In this document: positions 9,051 through 23,100 of the stretch, in pieces
How positions within the stretch are numbered: position 1 is the stretch's first letter
Layout: every line of letters starts with the position of its first letter
Assembly (NCBI GenBank): GCA_900088475.1
Contig: FLMG01001044.1
Location: forward strand, 1 to 64,000
Length of the DNA stretch: 64,000 bases
Source: Hyphochytrium catenoides
Taxonomy: Eukaryota; Protista; Hyphochytriomycota
Direction: 5' to 3'
The notes under the pieces: generated by a model
The model's database searches: none
The model's input: the letters and a program-made list of their open reading frames with translations, nothing else
What the model was told of the DNA's origin: nothing
Position numbers and translations under genes: made by a program

Positions 9051-10196
9051 CAACAAGAAGGGAGTGCTTTCTCTCAGCAGCCTTCTATCACAAACGCTTT
9101 AAGGCGAAACCACTGACTAAATGAGTATCAAATGAATCGTACTCCCCAGAAAAGCAGAATCTGGTCGTCTCTGCTGCTTACTGAACCCCTCCTCTGCACC
9201 CTTCTCCTCCTCGGATCCTACAGACGTTCCCCTACACAAAATAGAACATCCCCATAGTGAAAAAACGCGCGAGAGGAGTTTATGTTGCTTGACCGCTGCT
9301 TCAGCAAAACCACCTCCATGTCATCATGATCATCAGAACCTGCCGCAGCCCACCCCTCTTCCATCTAACAGGCAAGAAGTTTCGCAGTTTCTTTCTGGCA
9401 TTTGGTCTCTTATAAAGTGCAGTAGTGTTGAGTGCAAGTGTGCATAAAATTAGAGTGCATGGCAACATGAACATGATGGAGCAGCCGGATCCTCCGGCGG
9501 AGGACAATAAAGCAGGCGGCATTCCGCAACAAGCAGTTACGGAGTAAAGAAAGTTGGATTTGCTGAGTGCCAGAAGAGGACTCTCTGACGGCCAACTTTA
9601 CAACAATAAGTTATGGTAGCGGAACCGGTGGTGTTGCCGCTTCTTTTCGTTTGCTTTGCGAGTTGAGAAGTAGTGATATGCATGAAGTCCTTTTTGAGCT
9701 TATGGAGCTATTATTTTGAAGCTTTTGATATGAAGAACAACCATGAGTTGTCGCTGACTTCTCTTAACGATCGATGCTATGTTGCTAGAGCTACGTTTTC
9801 TTAATGCTGCTAGTGAGGAGCTGCTGCAAGAGGCAATCTCATCCGTACCCTGATGGCTGCGCTTCTGGCGCTAAGCGGCGGTTAGGAGTTAACAAATGAA
9901 GTTTTAGAATTTGGACGCAAAGTGGATGGCTAAAGGAAGTAGTAAGCTAAAAATGCAGGGAGTATAATTAGTAGAGAGAGAAGTGCGGCTGAATAGAGCG
10001 TGAAAAGATCCTGAGTTGTGGTGCTGAAGAAGTTGAAGAAGAAGGAAAGATATGCGTGGTCTCTCAGATATGGCCGTTTGCTGCTGGCTTTGTAGCCGAT
10101 AAAAAAGCCAAAGTCCAACAGAGTTGGAGTTTCAGCTGTTGTCTTCTGCTGATGTGTTTTTGTTCTAGGACAGAGTGTCAGTGACAAGTCTATAGA

Positions 10197-10300
10197 GGGG
10201 ATGTCGGCTCATACGTGGACACTCTAGAGGAATAGAATAGAATCAGTGTACCATGTATGGCTTATTATAAAAGAATCTATTATCATTCTAACCTAATTGG
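10197..10300 (+). repeat. Degenerate internal part of LTR family A
   Basis: CATACGTGGACA...GAATAGAA...ATGTATGGCTTA matches the reverse complement of 6655-6725. Confidence 0.55.
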
Positions 10301-11199
10301 AAGTACGAAGGTCCCCGTCAGACTGTGGAGCTACAGTTTGTGCCAGTCCTCCGGGAGTCTTTTGGTGGTGCCATGCCCTACGTCCTGGCCTCTGTGCAAC
10401 AGCTGGTAAAGCTTAAGTGTGATCGTTCCGCTCTTGAGGCCTCCGGTCCTCTTGATCATTGGTCTCGGTTGGCAAAGTCTCGGACTCTTCATACCAGAAG
10501 CTCTTTCGCCATCCATGAAGCGAATGCGCTACAAATTCTGAAGCGTATTCCTCTTCAGCAGTTGGGCCCCGCTCTAGCTCGCGATGATGATGATGGTCTC
10601 GGCGCCACATCCCTTCCTTCTTTTCCTCCTCCGTCTCCTATTATAATTATTTTGGAAAAGTTCGACCATAATTCTCTTGTTCCTTATCCGACATTGATGG
10701 TGGCAGAGGAGGAGAACGCGTTAAAGAGTCCAGGGCTTTGTAGCTCTCCTCTCCTCTATATTTTCCTTCTTCCTCTCGTTCTTCTTTTCGTTCTTCTTCT
10801 CCTCCTCCTTCTTCTTCTTTTGCTTCTCTTTAGTTAGTTACAGAGGTCGCATTATATAGACAAATATAAAACTTCTGACTTGTGTTGCGGATTTATGGGC
10901 TTGCACCAAAATTCCGACATAAATCGATTTTTACCCTACTAACTGTGAGAATAGAATGCTGCTAGGAGACGCTGTGTTGAAGCCGACGTGCTTGCGGCGA
11001 TATACAATCTTTCGCTTCTTATTAGTAGAGAGGCTGAAGGGAGGGGTTCATTCGCCTTGGAACGAACACGTGATGAATTCCCTTTGAAACGCGATTAACG
11101 TCCCCACAGCAAACCTGCTGTTCACCAATCACCCACGGGCCCTCTTGAAGTCAGGGATATCTGCTTGTGTCGTTCAACATGTGTCACCCGTTGAACCTA

Positions 11200-12420
11200 C
11201 ATTAGCTTACGGATTCGAAACCTCCAAGTCCAGCATAATAGATTCTGTCGAAGGTAAACGGACTCTGCACAGCCAATGCTCAAGGATCAGATGGCGCGCC
11301 TTGCTGTCAGTCTGTCATGAGGCGGTTCAGTAAGTGAGTGAGCGAAGATGAGTAGAACGAGATCCCTGGGTGCGAGTGCGGTACTCTCTTCTTTTCCCAG
11401 GTACTGAGACAACTCGATTTAGAAAGATGCTCACCGTGGCAAAAAAGTTACGATCCTGAATTTCAATTACCAGCTGCCGGGAGCTCGAAGCAAGGTATAC
11501 AGAGAAACGAAGGGTGCCCCGCGACTCATTGCCGAAGACAGAAATTACCGCTAGGTGGCCGCTCACTCTCTGGCCTTTGCGACACAGGAGCTGCTCGTCC
11601 TCTCCTGATTGTTGAAAGAATGTTTTGAGGATAGAATAAGTTTCTGTCAACTCTTGGAGTTTCCTCTCCCTGCTTCGACTTTCTCTTCATCAAGAAACCC
11701 TTTTGTACTAACAAACTGAGAGGACCGCGGCCCGATACTCTTTCCTACCTGGGTGCCTTGACGTCTGCCCACTGCGGGCAGAGTCAACAGACCGTGAACA
11801 ACCATCTGTTCGCGGTGATGGGGCAGGTGGTGACAGGTGGGCGCTTCTTTTGTCTGTCTGTCCAGGAGTAGAGAAACCATGCGTCAGGGGGCGTAACTTA
11901 TGCTCAAGGAGAGGAAAGCTCAGACCCGCAAGAGGTAATAAGACACAAAAGAATAGATGGAAGGGGAGTCAAGTGGCGCATTACCTCGAAAGCTTTCTGT
12001 TGAACGCCCGCGGCGGGCTCTTGCAGCTGATTGGAGCTAGGTCTCAGCTTCAAAGTCGGGACACCTGAGACTTCAATCTCAATTTGCTGGGCTTCTGCCA
12101 GCCTTCTACGCGGGGTGGAGCAACTCATTCTTTGTAGAACTCTGTGTTTCTGTTCATTCAAGAAATTTGAAGGCCTTTTTCTACCACAGAGTCTCCTCCG
12201 TCCTCCTCCTCTTGTTAAGAAAGCTAGGCCTATTAGCCGGCTCGGCTGGGCAGAATTGCACCAAAGGGAAGACCAGCACACAATGTAGTTCGGTGGAGGA
12301 TGAGGAGAGAGAGGATAGGTGGTGGCATCATGATGTCTGCGACCGCTATTGCTGATGTCGCCTATGGGCGACCTAGAAGAAAGGTACCGGAAGTGCCACA
12401 ACGCTTGCGAAGGGCTCATA
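11200..12420 (-). CDS. Possible spliced hypothetical gene; boundaries uncertain
   Basis: Successive protein-like minus-strand ORF segments (11904-12419, 11647-11880, 11327-11650) with GT donors after ...QKAFE and ...QGTQ. No domain recognised. Confidence 0.3.
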
Positions 12421-13389
12421 AAGAGAGGAAGACGAGGGAGATAGACGAAGAACGGCGAGGAGTGAAGTCCAATATAGAGTGGAGTCCAGAACAGCTCTCT
12501 GTACGATCCAAAAGTAGAGCCCTTAGAACTGCGAGCAAGCGATAAACGAGACTGCTGAGGAAACAGGAGGGCATAATGATGTCCCGAGAGAACAGCTAGC
12601 TCTCCAGACGCGCACTCAATGTGCTCATCCTTGTGGTTTTGCTAGGGCCGTCTCGCGGCGCAGGCTATTGTTACCGTGGAACTACTCGCTTCAGTTTCCT
12701 GAGTTGCAGCGTTTCTACTCTTCATCTGTTACCTCATTAACATCAGTACGTTGCTTGCCTAACTGCAGCGATCCTACGGAGGAAGACGACTGGCTAAAGG
12801 TAGTAGGCTCCTCATCAGAAAGAACGGGTCAGCTCGCTCTAGGCTCCCTTCTGGTCCATCTGGATCCAGATCACAGATCACACCTTCCACCCTTGTACTA
12901 CATACTCGGCCAGGGGCAGGGTCCCTGGAGTGGGAGGAACCATCAATGCTCTCCCCTGCGGCTCTAGGAACTACATACTGTACAAGCAGTAACGACCCAA
13001 CCTAACTAGCGGTTAGCGGCCTCCGGTGGGCGTCTGTTCAGTGTCTCACTCACTTCCCTCCTCCTTCCTCCTCCTCAACAGTTCCTGTTAACCTGTAGAG
13101 AGGTTGTTCCCCGTCATCCCCGCCACTGTGACCTCGATCCCGTAAAGTCTGTCGGTGCGGCCATGGCCAGGGAACCTGCGGCAGGCAGGGCGACCAGGAT
13201 TGAAGACTTTAGAAATCAGTGGCAAGAAGAGATAAATTGGACGCCCTGTGACCCCTAATAATCTCAAGCGCGAGGCGTGAGGGGTGGCCGGCCCAGCAAC
13301 AACGAACCTAGACTTCTGCAGCACCAAAGATTAACCCATTGACGGATAAACAAAACTCCAGCAAGTTCTCGTTGCTAACGCTGGGAAAC

Positions 13390-13885
13390 ATGAGCGGCGC
13401 CACGCCCGTCATCAAGAGCTCCATGATGCCTTCGGACATGCAGAAGAAAGCCATTGACATTGCGATTGAGGCGCTTACGAAGGAGCAAACGCACACGGTA
13501 TGCGAATTTTCCCCTCGGCGCATCGAAATTTCTTAGTGGGCGTTCGCCTGCGTGTCACTTGTTCGTATAACTTGTCTGGCCACTCTGCCCTTCAGTAGGG
13601 ACGGTTCTCCGGTCTTCACCTTCTTGAGTCTGAGCTACTCTACCGTTCGTCTTTCTTGTCTCCACATTGCGTTTTGGCGTTTCTGAGCTCTCCGTATCTA
13701 TCCTTCGTCGATCACCTTAGGATGTGGCAGCCCACATCCGCTCCAAGTTTGTCGAGCACTATGGAGGCGCACCATGGCACTGCTTTGTGGGAAGGAACTT
13801 CGGGTGCTTCGTGACTCATGAACGAAGTAAGTTCATCTACTTCTACGTTGGGCAGATTGGGATCTGCCTGTTCGCTAGCGCATAA
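13390..13885 (+). CDS. Dynein light chain type 1 (LC8 family), 90 aa, 2 exons (13390-13497, 13721-13885)
   Basis: Spliced product MSGATPVIKSSMMPSDMQKKAIDIA...DVAAHIRSKF...WHCFVGRNFGCFVTHE...FIYFYVGQIGICLF, with a phase-0 GT-AG intron. Confidence 0.93.
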
Positions 13886-14069
13886 GAATCCGCCAGATGC
13901 AAGACAACCCCCTAAACAAGCAACCAAGTACTTTACACACCGGGAAGAAAAAGAGATTCTTCCTGCATAGAGCAAGTGCCTCTACTTCGCTTCTCTCTAT
14001 GTCTTCCCTTTAAATAACGGGGTTCGGTCATGCATAAACTCTCTCCTTCCTACTTTCATGCTAAAACAA

Positions 14070-17000
14070 CTAAAGATTTTGCGGTAGACTTTCTACTTCC
14101 CCAGACTTCTCATCAATGAAGCGTGCAGCCTTTTCCCGTGGAAGCAACCTTCGTGTCTTCAACTTGATTCCGGCTTTGTCTGTCTGCCCGTCGGTTACTC
14201 CGCCCTCTGGAGCCACCCTACTGTTGGCCTCTCTTCGCGTAATGTCAGACAGGGCCGCTCTTTCTTTCTCCTTGACGCTTGAGGTGGAGCTCGACTTGCG
14301 CTTCTGTCGTGGCTCCTGCATCACCGTAGACAAGGTGGGGGTGTTAAGGAAGTGCATCTTTGGCATTGACGGCTCCTTGTGGTGATACTCGAGGGTACGG
14401 TTGTAAGAAGGGAACGGTTTTGCAAAAAAAGAGAACGAGGCAGAAGAGCTCGGTTATGATGGAGGGTAAAAGGAGGCAAGCCAAGCCATGAATTGAAAAC
14501 TGAAAGATAACAACTCACTACACTGTTGAAATATGTATAGGGACAATACAGAGGGGATGAGATGATAGCGGAAGAACCGCAATGTTATGTACCTGCTCCA
14601 AGCCGGGCCGGTTTAAGCATCGCTCTGCATGACAACTGCAGTCTTCAGACAGACAGAAATTTCCGCTTTTTTTGCACTTACAGCTCTTGGTAGCGCATTT
14701 CCCTTTACATTCGCAGCCCTTGCAGCTTTTCAGTAACAAGGTGTCCAGCTCTTCCATTAGCTCCTACCCGTGCGCAGCAGGAGGCGTTTAGCCATGCGAA
14801 CAGTACTTGGCTCGTTTTCATCAAATTTCACTCTTACCGTTTCGAAGGCTGAGGCGTTAGATTCCATTGACTCCCTAGATTCTTGGGCTTTAGAGCTCTG
14901 CGTAGAAATTCGCTGTTTTCTATTGTTTCGCTTCGCCCCTTCAACCTTCTTACGCTTGCGGACTGGGCGCCGCGGAGTTTCCGTATAGCTTGAGTCTGAG
15001 TACCTTTCTTCCTCCTCCCCGTCCTCTTCCTCACTTTCCTCCGTTATCTCCTCTGCTGACTCATCCTTAATCACCCTCTTTCTGTTGGTGCTTGGTTTCC
15101 TTCCCATGCTTGATTTTAGCGCTTCCTCAAGAGTAATTCGAATCTGATGAGTAACAGTTAGGTATGAGGAGTGCCCTACCGAAGGAAGAGGGAAGACTCA
15201 CCTTCTCTTCGTATTCTTGTTGCTGCTGAACTAGCTCTCTCTCATGCCGCAATTTATCCGACTTCATGGTCGCCACGGTCTGGAGGCAGATAGGTATATG
15301 GCTGATCAGAGAGTGGAGCTAAAGTTGAACTACTTCTTTCGTCTGCCGTATATGTTACCTTGCTGAGTTGCTCCTCCAGCTCGATCAAGCGTTGTTCCAC
15401 CCCCATCGCTCGATTCTTCTCAAGACGCTCACGTGCCCACTGGCTGAACAGCCACTGCATATGAGGAGTTAAGTTCTTTTTTTACATCGTCTAAGAGCAA
15501 GGTGGTTTGACTGACCTTCAGGACTGCCTTTGCCTCTAACGTACTTCGAATCTGTTCCCAGCGTTGGCTAACTCCTCCCTGCAAAGTGTCTCCTCGCTCA
15601 ATTGCAGCCAACTTACTTTGAAGCTCAGCTACATCTCTGGATCTCTCCTTCATCTCTTGAAGCGTCCGGCACAACTCCTCACCGCGTAAGCCCGTGCTCT
15701 GGAGTAGTTCGGCCTTTTTCGCTTTGAAGTCGTTGACAAAACACAAAATGGCTGGTAAATATTCAATCTGCCTTCATTGCAGTCGCATTCACTTTTACTT
15801 AACATCAACACGACAAGACCGAAGCCGCAAGGTTAGTAGACCGATCGCCTTGATGGACTGAGAGAGACCTCTACACGCACACTAAAGTAGGGAAAAAACA
15901 CCAAGACACCGGACCCTCACCAAGACTTCTTCTGGCTTCCATATGCTCCTTCAATGCGGCTTTCGCCTGTTGCACCGTGACCGAGATCTCCAATTCGCGC
16001 TCTAGGGCTGCAGTGAGTGCCTCTAGGTCAAAAGATGCACCCATCCGCATGGCGCTGGCATTCGACTTCTTCTGCATTAAGTCTTTCATTTTCTTTGTGA
16101 CCTGTGAGACTTCCTCAGCCTTTCGCCGCAGTACGTTCTGTTGCTTGATATTTAAGGCCTGCCAGTGTCAAGGTCAATATAGGAGTACAACCGCAGATGG
16201 TGAGAAAGAGTGGGGCAGTACGGAAGGGAAAGATCGGCTCTTGACTAATACAGATAAGCGAGTAACGCGAACCTCCAGCTTCTGAAGCTGATAGTCCTTC
16301 CGCTGACCCTGGCGCTTAAGATTCGCGATCTCTTTTTCTTTCTCTTTTTGATGATGTTTTAGACTCTCCATTTCCTGTCGCAGCTGTCTTTGTACCGCAA
16401 TCTTCTGCTTTTTCAGATTGTCCAGTTCTTGCTATCATAGCGTTTCAGCGATCACAATGCAAAGGGGAGAAAATGTTCCTGCAAAAGCACAATAAGCAAC
16501 CTGGGCGTTACCTGGACTGACAAAACTTTCTGGTCACTTTTCTCTTTAAGCTTTCGCATTTTCTCGGCGTCAGCGTGATTCTTTTTCATGGCGCGAAGAT
16601 CTTTTTCTAGGCTTGCAATCCTGGCAGGGTTCGGAAGGTGTGAAGAGTTAACAAGATCAATTTGGCGTTCTCTTCCCTATAACCTGAGCTCAGCGGAAGA
16701 ACAGGGAGGGAATCTGGCAGTTCTGAGGAACATTATTCTTACTTTTCCTCATATTTCTGCAGTTTGTAGGTTTTCGGGTCATGTTCTAGCTGCTGCTTGG
16801 TACCACGAAGGTCGCGTTGTAACTGCTCTCTTTCTTTCTCCAGGTACATAATCTGCTGTTCCATCGTCTTGATAGCTTCTTCGTAGTGCCGACTATATCG
16901 AAATAAGAATTCGCCTCACATTAACAAAGAGCAAGAAAAGAAGAAACACTCTTCTGTAGGTTTGTCATACTTACTCATTTAGACGAGAAAGTGCCTCATC

Positions 17001-20000
17001 AGTGTGGAACATTGTCTCCAAGAGCTTTTCCTTCTGCAAGATCGCGTCCGAGATGTTCTTTTGCAACGTATTTTCATAAAAGGACACAGTGACGAACACA
17101 TAAGGACAGTGCGTCCGAACGAATAGCAGATAGAGACGCAAACCTCCAGCTCAAACTCCAAGAGCTTTTGATTCTCCTTAGACTCCATCTCAAACGAATC
17201 AGGTTCTGTTTCGACAGCTTGGGTCCATAAGTCAGAACGTCTAGATTCATTTTCAGCACTTACGTTCCCCGTCTTTCTTGGGGCTGCTTGCCTCCTCGTT
17301 CTGCTTATTATTGCTGTTGGTCAGCTGTATTTGCTCCTCCAGCTCCATAATTCGGCGGAGGTACGGCTCCAGCACGTCAACTCCCTGGGACTGACAGCAG
17401 CTATTGTGAATATTCATGGGTGCATCTTATTTGAGCTTTTCTCCTTATGCCCACCTGCTGACCATCTGATGACTGAGCCTTTAAAGGGCCAGAACTTTCC
17501 ACAATCAGCTTCAACTGTAAAACTTCTTCTGTGCGCATTTTCAGCATCTGTTCCATCTTCATAACCTTGGCCTTCAGCTCCAGTATCAACTCGTTCTTTG
17601 CTTGCTCTCCTTCCTGTTGGGGGATAGACACAATAAGGAAGAGGGCGAGAAGAAATGTAAGTGAGATTTGATTCCTGCGGTACTATTGCTTTAAACGCAA
17701 TTTGAAAGCTTACTCTGGATGAGATCACCCCTCTTGATTGCAGAAGCTGGAGCTGTAAGAGGTGAATTTGTTGTTTCAGCCGAAGCAGCTCCGCCGAGTT
17801 AGGATCACGGTTAACCTGACCACCACTTTCCGATGAGACTGGCTGTGCCAAAAAGGAGTGTGGTACATCTATGCCCGAGACCTACCACAGCCTTGTTCTC
17901 AATATTACGCGCCCTGTTTGCGTAGCGGAGAGTGTTCACAGTCTCTTCAAAGTTGACATCAGCCGGACTGACGCAGGCTAAACAAGGGCAAGGGCAGCAG
18001 TGTCATGGGACATCAACGGACTAGGTAAGAAGGGGATACGAGCGTGAACCTATCATAAGCGTCCGACTATTCCCTCCCAAGCTATCTTGTAACAATCTTG
18101 TAATCTTTGCATCTCTATAGGGCACATGTGTGGCTCCACCCTGGCGTTTTGGGTCACCCAGCGCTGATATTACGTTTCCTAAGGCGAGTAGCCCCTTATT
18201 GATGCTGATGCCTGGATGAAGATCAGGTGGGGATGATGTTTAGAGGCAACTCCCTTCCTCAAGAGAGCTGAAGACTTCATTCGGTACTATCGTCTTTGGT
18301 CCCGCAATCAGAGTCCTCCTACCTTCCTTCATCCTGTCGCCCACGGCTTTCGTTCTCTTTGCCCGCTCTGAGCCTGCTAAGTCCACCAGATGCAGCTTCG
18401 AGAATTTGAAGTCATCTTGACAGCCAGCAGAGCCATATGGAATGATAAGTCGGTGTTACACAAGTGCGAAAGTGAGAGAAAAGCAAGATCACGGCTAAGA
18501 GAAATGATAAAAGTGGATAAAATTCCCGGTCTCATATTCACAAGCCTGTCGCTTATCAAGATCTGTAGAACGGTGAACAGTTCTGCAAAAGAATTTCTCC
18601 TACCAGGATCATCCTCGGGCTGCTGCTGCATGGAGATAGTGCAAATGGCGTGCGAACGGGAGGAATGAAGGTTCATGGAGGTACTGCCTGTTGCCCTCAA
18701 CATTGATCCCTGGCGCAGTAGGGTGGCCACTTCTTCCCAGGAGACAACTTCCCTCTCGGTCAAGCCTGCGACGATGATGCCTAGCTTTGGGTCCTCTCTT
18801 ATGGCTAAGGGCTTTGCTGATGGGCGCGAGGCAGGGGCAAGCAGATCCTTGATGTCTTCGTTGTGAATCTGGAGAGATATATTTTCGGTCGGAGTTAATT
18901 TCCCTGCTTAGAAGACTAAGATCTTATGACATAGGGTAGAAGCTATCAGCCTTAGGTGGTGGAAACCATAGAAGCTGTCGAACTCGAAGGTTTTAAAGAA
19001 GCGATAGTTACAGCAGGGGCTAACCTCAAGGTACGAAAGTCGCACCACGAAACGTGTGTGCGTCCGCCGTTGGTCAATGTCCGAGAATATCTATGGTGAC
19101 AAAGAGGGGTCACGTGAGCATCATATCATTCAGAAGGATTCCTATATAGCGCCAGTAACTTCCAAATTCTTTCACGTATGCGTGAAGCCAGCCCTTTGTG
19201 CCTTTCTCTGTCCTGACACCGTCTCTCTTGCAGGCAACTGATATTTTGGTCAGTACTGCACCTGCATTAAGGCCTTTGGAATGACGCCATTATGCTCCGC
19301 TTCCGAGGCAAAGCCACTTCCCATCGTGAAGCTGTAGAAGAACCAAGCAAGCGCAGGCGTATATCAGGATATAGGAGATTTCACAACGTTCATCTAACTT
19401 ACGTCTTCCCAGAGCCTGTCTGACCGTAAGCAAAAATGGTGGCGTTGTAGCCCTGCATGAAGCTTCGGATTAAGGGAAGGGCCCCTTCGATGTAAACTCT
19501 TTCCTAATGTAAGTACCGCCGAGTTTTGGTAAGACGTTGAGGTAATGGAAACATAAGGCAAGATGAGTAAGCCTAAGAAGAGCAACGCTAGTGACATGTA
19601 ATCTGTTTACTTCAACAAAGCTTATATGCTCCCTCTCACCTGGGAGGCGGACTGATCAAAGACCATGTCAAAGGTGAACCTCTGTTCACCCCTAAGGCAG
19701 ATCTGACAACGAAAGTAAGATATTAAGTTAGATAAGGGCCATCGGATATCTTGGAAAGTTGCACGGAAGACAGCATAATTGAGACAAGAAAGTACCCAAA
19801 GAAGATGCTCAGAAGGTGCGGGTAGAAGCAGATGCTGACGCACCTCCCGCCGGTTATGGTCCACCTCCACGCACTCTGCGCAACCTTCAGAAAGTTCTGA
19901 GGGAACCAGCGGGCGCACGCGCACGCAGACTTTCACGCAGGCACTGGCTTCCTCGCCCGTTCTACCAGGGAGTTGATGGGGCTGCTGCTCCTGTGGAGAG

Positions 20001-20104
20001 CCTATGAGTTGAAATACTAGAAGGTAAGGTAATCAAAGCGGCCATACCTCCTCATCTGGAGGCCGAGTAGAGCTCAACATCTTATGGTCTTCTGCCACAG
20101 ACAT
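14070..20104 (-). CDS. KIF4: Kinesin-4 / chromokinesin (KIF4-like), multi-exon
   Basis: [10 protein letters not shown]-loop [10 protein letters not shown] (~19400-19430), switch I NLHSSRSH, switch [30 protein letters not shown], long coiled coil, and C-terminal Cys-rich [14 protein letters not shown]...CSC...CLNR. Start codon inferred. Confidence 0.9.
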
Positions 20105-23100
20105 CCTTTCTGTTTGGTCCTGTCCTTCTCCTCGAAACTTGGAGTTCTTGGCGCTCGGATGGTGCGTCGTCTTGGTTAGAGGTTAATGACGTGAGGTTGA
20201 GGCCGCCACGTGGTCCTTACAATTCTGCCAAGTCTGTCTCCCTTCATTCCATTACCCTCCTGTGCCTAGCTAAGCTCCTGTTTTCGTTCTCCTTCTCTCC
20301 CGATTGTTCTGCTTTTCGGTAACTAGAGCTTCAAACGACCGGAGCATGTAGTTTCTGGAGCTGTGGCTGTGGTGCCCTGGTCTTCTGGCTCTTGGATTAG
20401 GGAAGGGGACGCAGTCCGTTACCAGGTGAGGCCGACGAGCGGTATATCCAGCACCAGCGTGTCTGATGAGGTCGGGGACTAGGAGCTTCGGAGTTAGCGA
20501 AGAACTAATAAACAGGCAGGGAAAGGGAGAAAGTTGGCGCGTCGATGCGGAGAGAAGAGGAGAGGAGGCAGCAGAAGGCAGGAGGAGGAATGGACGCAGC
20601 GGTGGAGAGAGAGAGAAGATGATGGTCCTGGTCCTGGCCCCGTTCGTTACCTTTATACTGTTCCCTCCTCCTGGGCTCCTGAGCCTGTCACCATCATCAC
20701 CCTCGCTAGCCGTTAGAGTTTGAAATTCTAAAAATGGGATCCATTCCGGAATATTACACAGCCATATATAACCGTATAGAGCCTTTTTATACCGACGCTT
20801 TCCGGACTATCGTTCGCACATAAAGGCCGGGTGGTCTGCCTCTTCTCCGCCTACAAGGGGTTTCTCTCTTTTGAAGTGAGGGCACTCTACTGCGACATCA
20901 GGAACCAGGAGTAATGATGGGCCAGAGGTAGAGACAAGACTCCCTCCCAGCTGGACTCCCTCCCCTCTGCGTGATGTTATACTCGAACAGAAGAAGAGGG
21001 AGTGCACAGCTTGCGAGTACAAGGAGACAAGGAGACATCAAGTGCTCTCATAAGAGAAGTTTCGTCCTAATAATAAAGAAGAATTTGTCCGCTAGCCATC
21101 TTTTGTTATTGAGTCATCCTCAGTGCTCAAGGCGGCCAAGTCCAGCTAATTGTATCAAAGCGTCTGCCAGACTGACGAGGTGACCTACTCTAGCACTAAC
21201 CGAACAGAGCCAAAGCCCTTCATCAGCCATGAGCCGAAGGTACGGCAATTAGAACATTTGGCTTTCCCTACAGCGAGTTATTGACAATCTGCGGGTTGCA
21301 TATGCGTTCTGGTGGGCAATCTTTACCTTAGAAACATAATCAGCGGCGAAGGAGTGCCAGACGTCCCCGTCAAGCCCTCGTGTAAGGTAATGGAGTTTCT
21401 TGTTGTCTAGCTCCAGGAAAGGCAACTTAAAATCATCGCTATCACTCAATCTCAGATCGTAAGCGGGCCCGCGTCAAGTAAACTCTTTACAGCTGAAGAG
21501 ACAACGACCCTCCCTGCTCCTAAGTCTACTCCATGGGTGGAAGAGGGACGCACCAGAAACACAGCAGGAAACATTAATCTATTCAAGGAAGCTGAAGAAG
21601 GTGCTGCCTGCGCTCGACGAATTAGCAAACGATGGACTTCATCCGCTCCTGTATAAGCTTTATCTCTAACTGACCTCCGTCTCTGTGGCCAGTGCCTTTC
21701 CGACCCGGCAAGAAGATTCTCTCGCATAATCCTGCAAACGCATCCCGTATGTATGCACTTTTTAGAGTTTACAACAACCTTGGCTTTCATCGAGAAGGCT
21801 CCTTGTTCACCTTGCATCTGCTTGCTCACAATATCTTAGCTATATACGTGTACGCCATCTTCGTTGATCTATGCCATCTCAGTGGTGACTTTTGCAGGTG
21901 ATGATGCAGACTTCAAGCCTTCGAAACCCATTTTGAACAAGATGCATGAAAGTCAGATTACTCTTTCGTATGATGGAGAGGAGGTCAAAGAGAGTGCAGA
22001 GGGAGACAACGAAGAAAACGTGCCCATAAACTCGGAAGCTATGGCTAACAGGAGAAAAGTGATGGGAAGCAATGTCCTCGGTATGTCAGTTACATTGTGT
22101 GCTCTCGAAAGTGGGCTCTGATGGTGCCAAACCAACAGGCAAGCACGAGAAGGAAGAAACTCCCGTTAAACCCCTTCGCTCGAAAGGTCGCCAACATCTG
22201 AGTAGTGTTGGAAGCATCCTCTCCTGGCAATGACCGCCACGCTGGGCCTCCTAATTCCCTCAGCCTATGTATACTAAAGAGCACGCGACCAACCAAACAC
22301 AGCTGCCAAGGAAACGTCATTAGGTCTCTTGGGGAATGCATGGCCGATATGTCACCTTATGTTCACTACGATCACTACCATCAGGCTTTTTCAGTGGTCA
22401 ACAAAGCGTAAACTCAATAATCCTTTTAGATACCCCATACTCGGCCCAGGTAGTTGAGCGGATGACAGATCTCGTGGCAAGAAGGGCAAAGTCTCACACC
22501 TTGTGGCCCAGTATAAGGGTCATCCTCCTTTGCCCTGTATCCACAGTGCTGGTTCCCCTCCGCCAATTTCCTTCTTGTATCATACTCCACCTGCTATAAT
22601 CTAGAGTATGGCTCCTTCCTTGCCCATCTTGGTGTCAGAGTCACATTTGATAGGTCGACTGTAGGAGACAAGCTAGAGGGAGAAATGTTTGAAGAGGCCG
22701 GACACAGTGGCTCATCCTCTTGTGTAGAAACCGAAGACAAATCAACAAGGAGGAGGTGGCCTCAAGAGGCTCCTCTGGAGCCTTCTATTCCGTCAATGAT
22801 AGCAGAACTCGCCACAGCGAAGGGTTTGGTCAATTTGGCAGGCAATCACAAAAGGAAGGGAGGAGCGAGCCCTGTTGTCTAGGTATCACCATGTGGTCCT
22901 AGACATAGATATATACACATGGGCCTGTCGGTAGGGGAGACCCAAGCCGGAAATCTGCCAGTTAGGACATTGAGGGAGAGAGTAAGCCGCCAATCCGCGT
23001 CTAGTAAGCGATCCGACCTCTCATCCAAGGTATTGCTGGGAAATACTTCCTAGAATTTCCACCCTGTCACCTTGAGCGTGACGGCAAGATGCAAAGACAA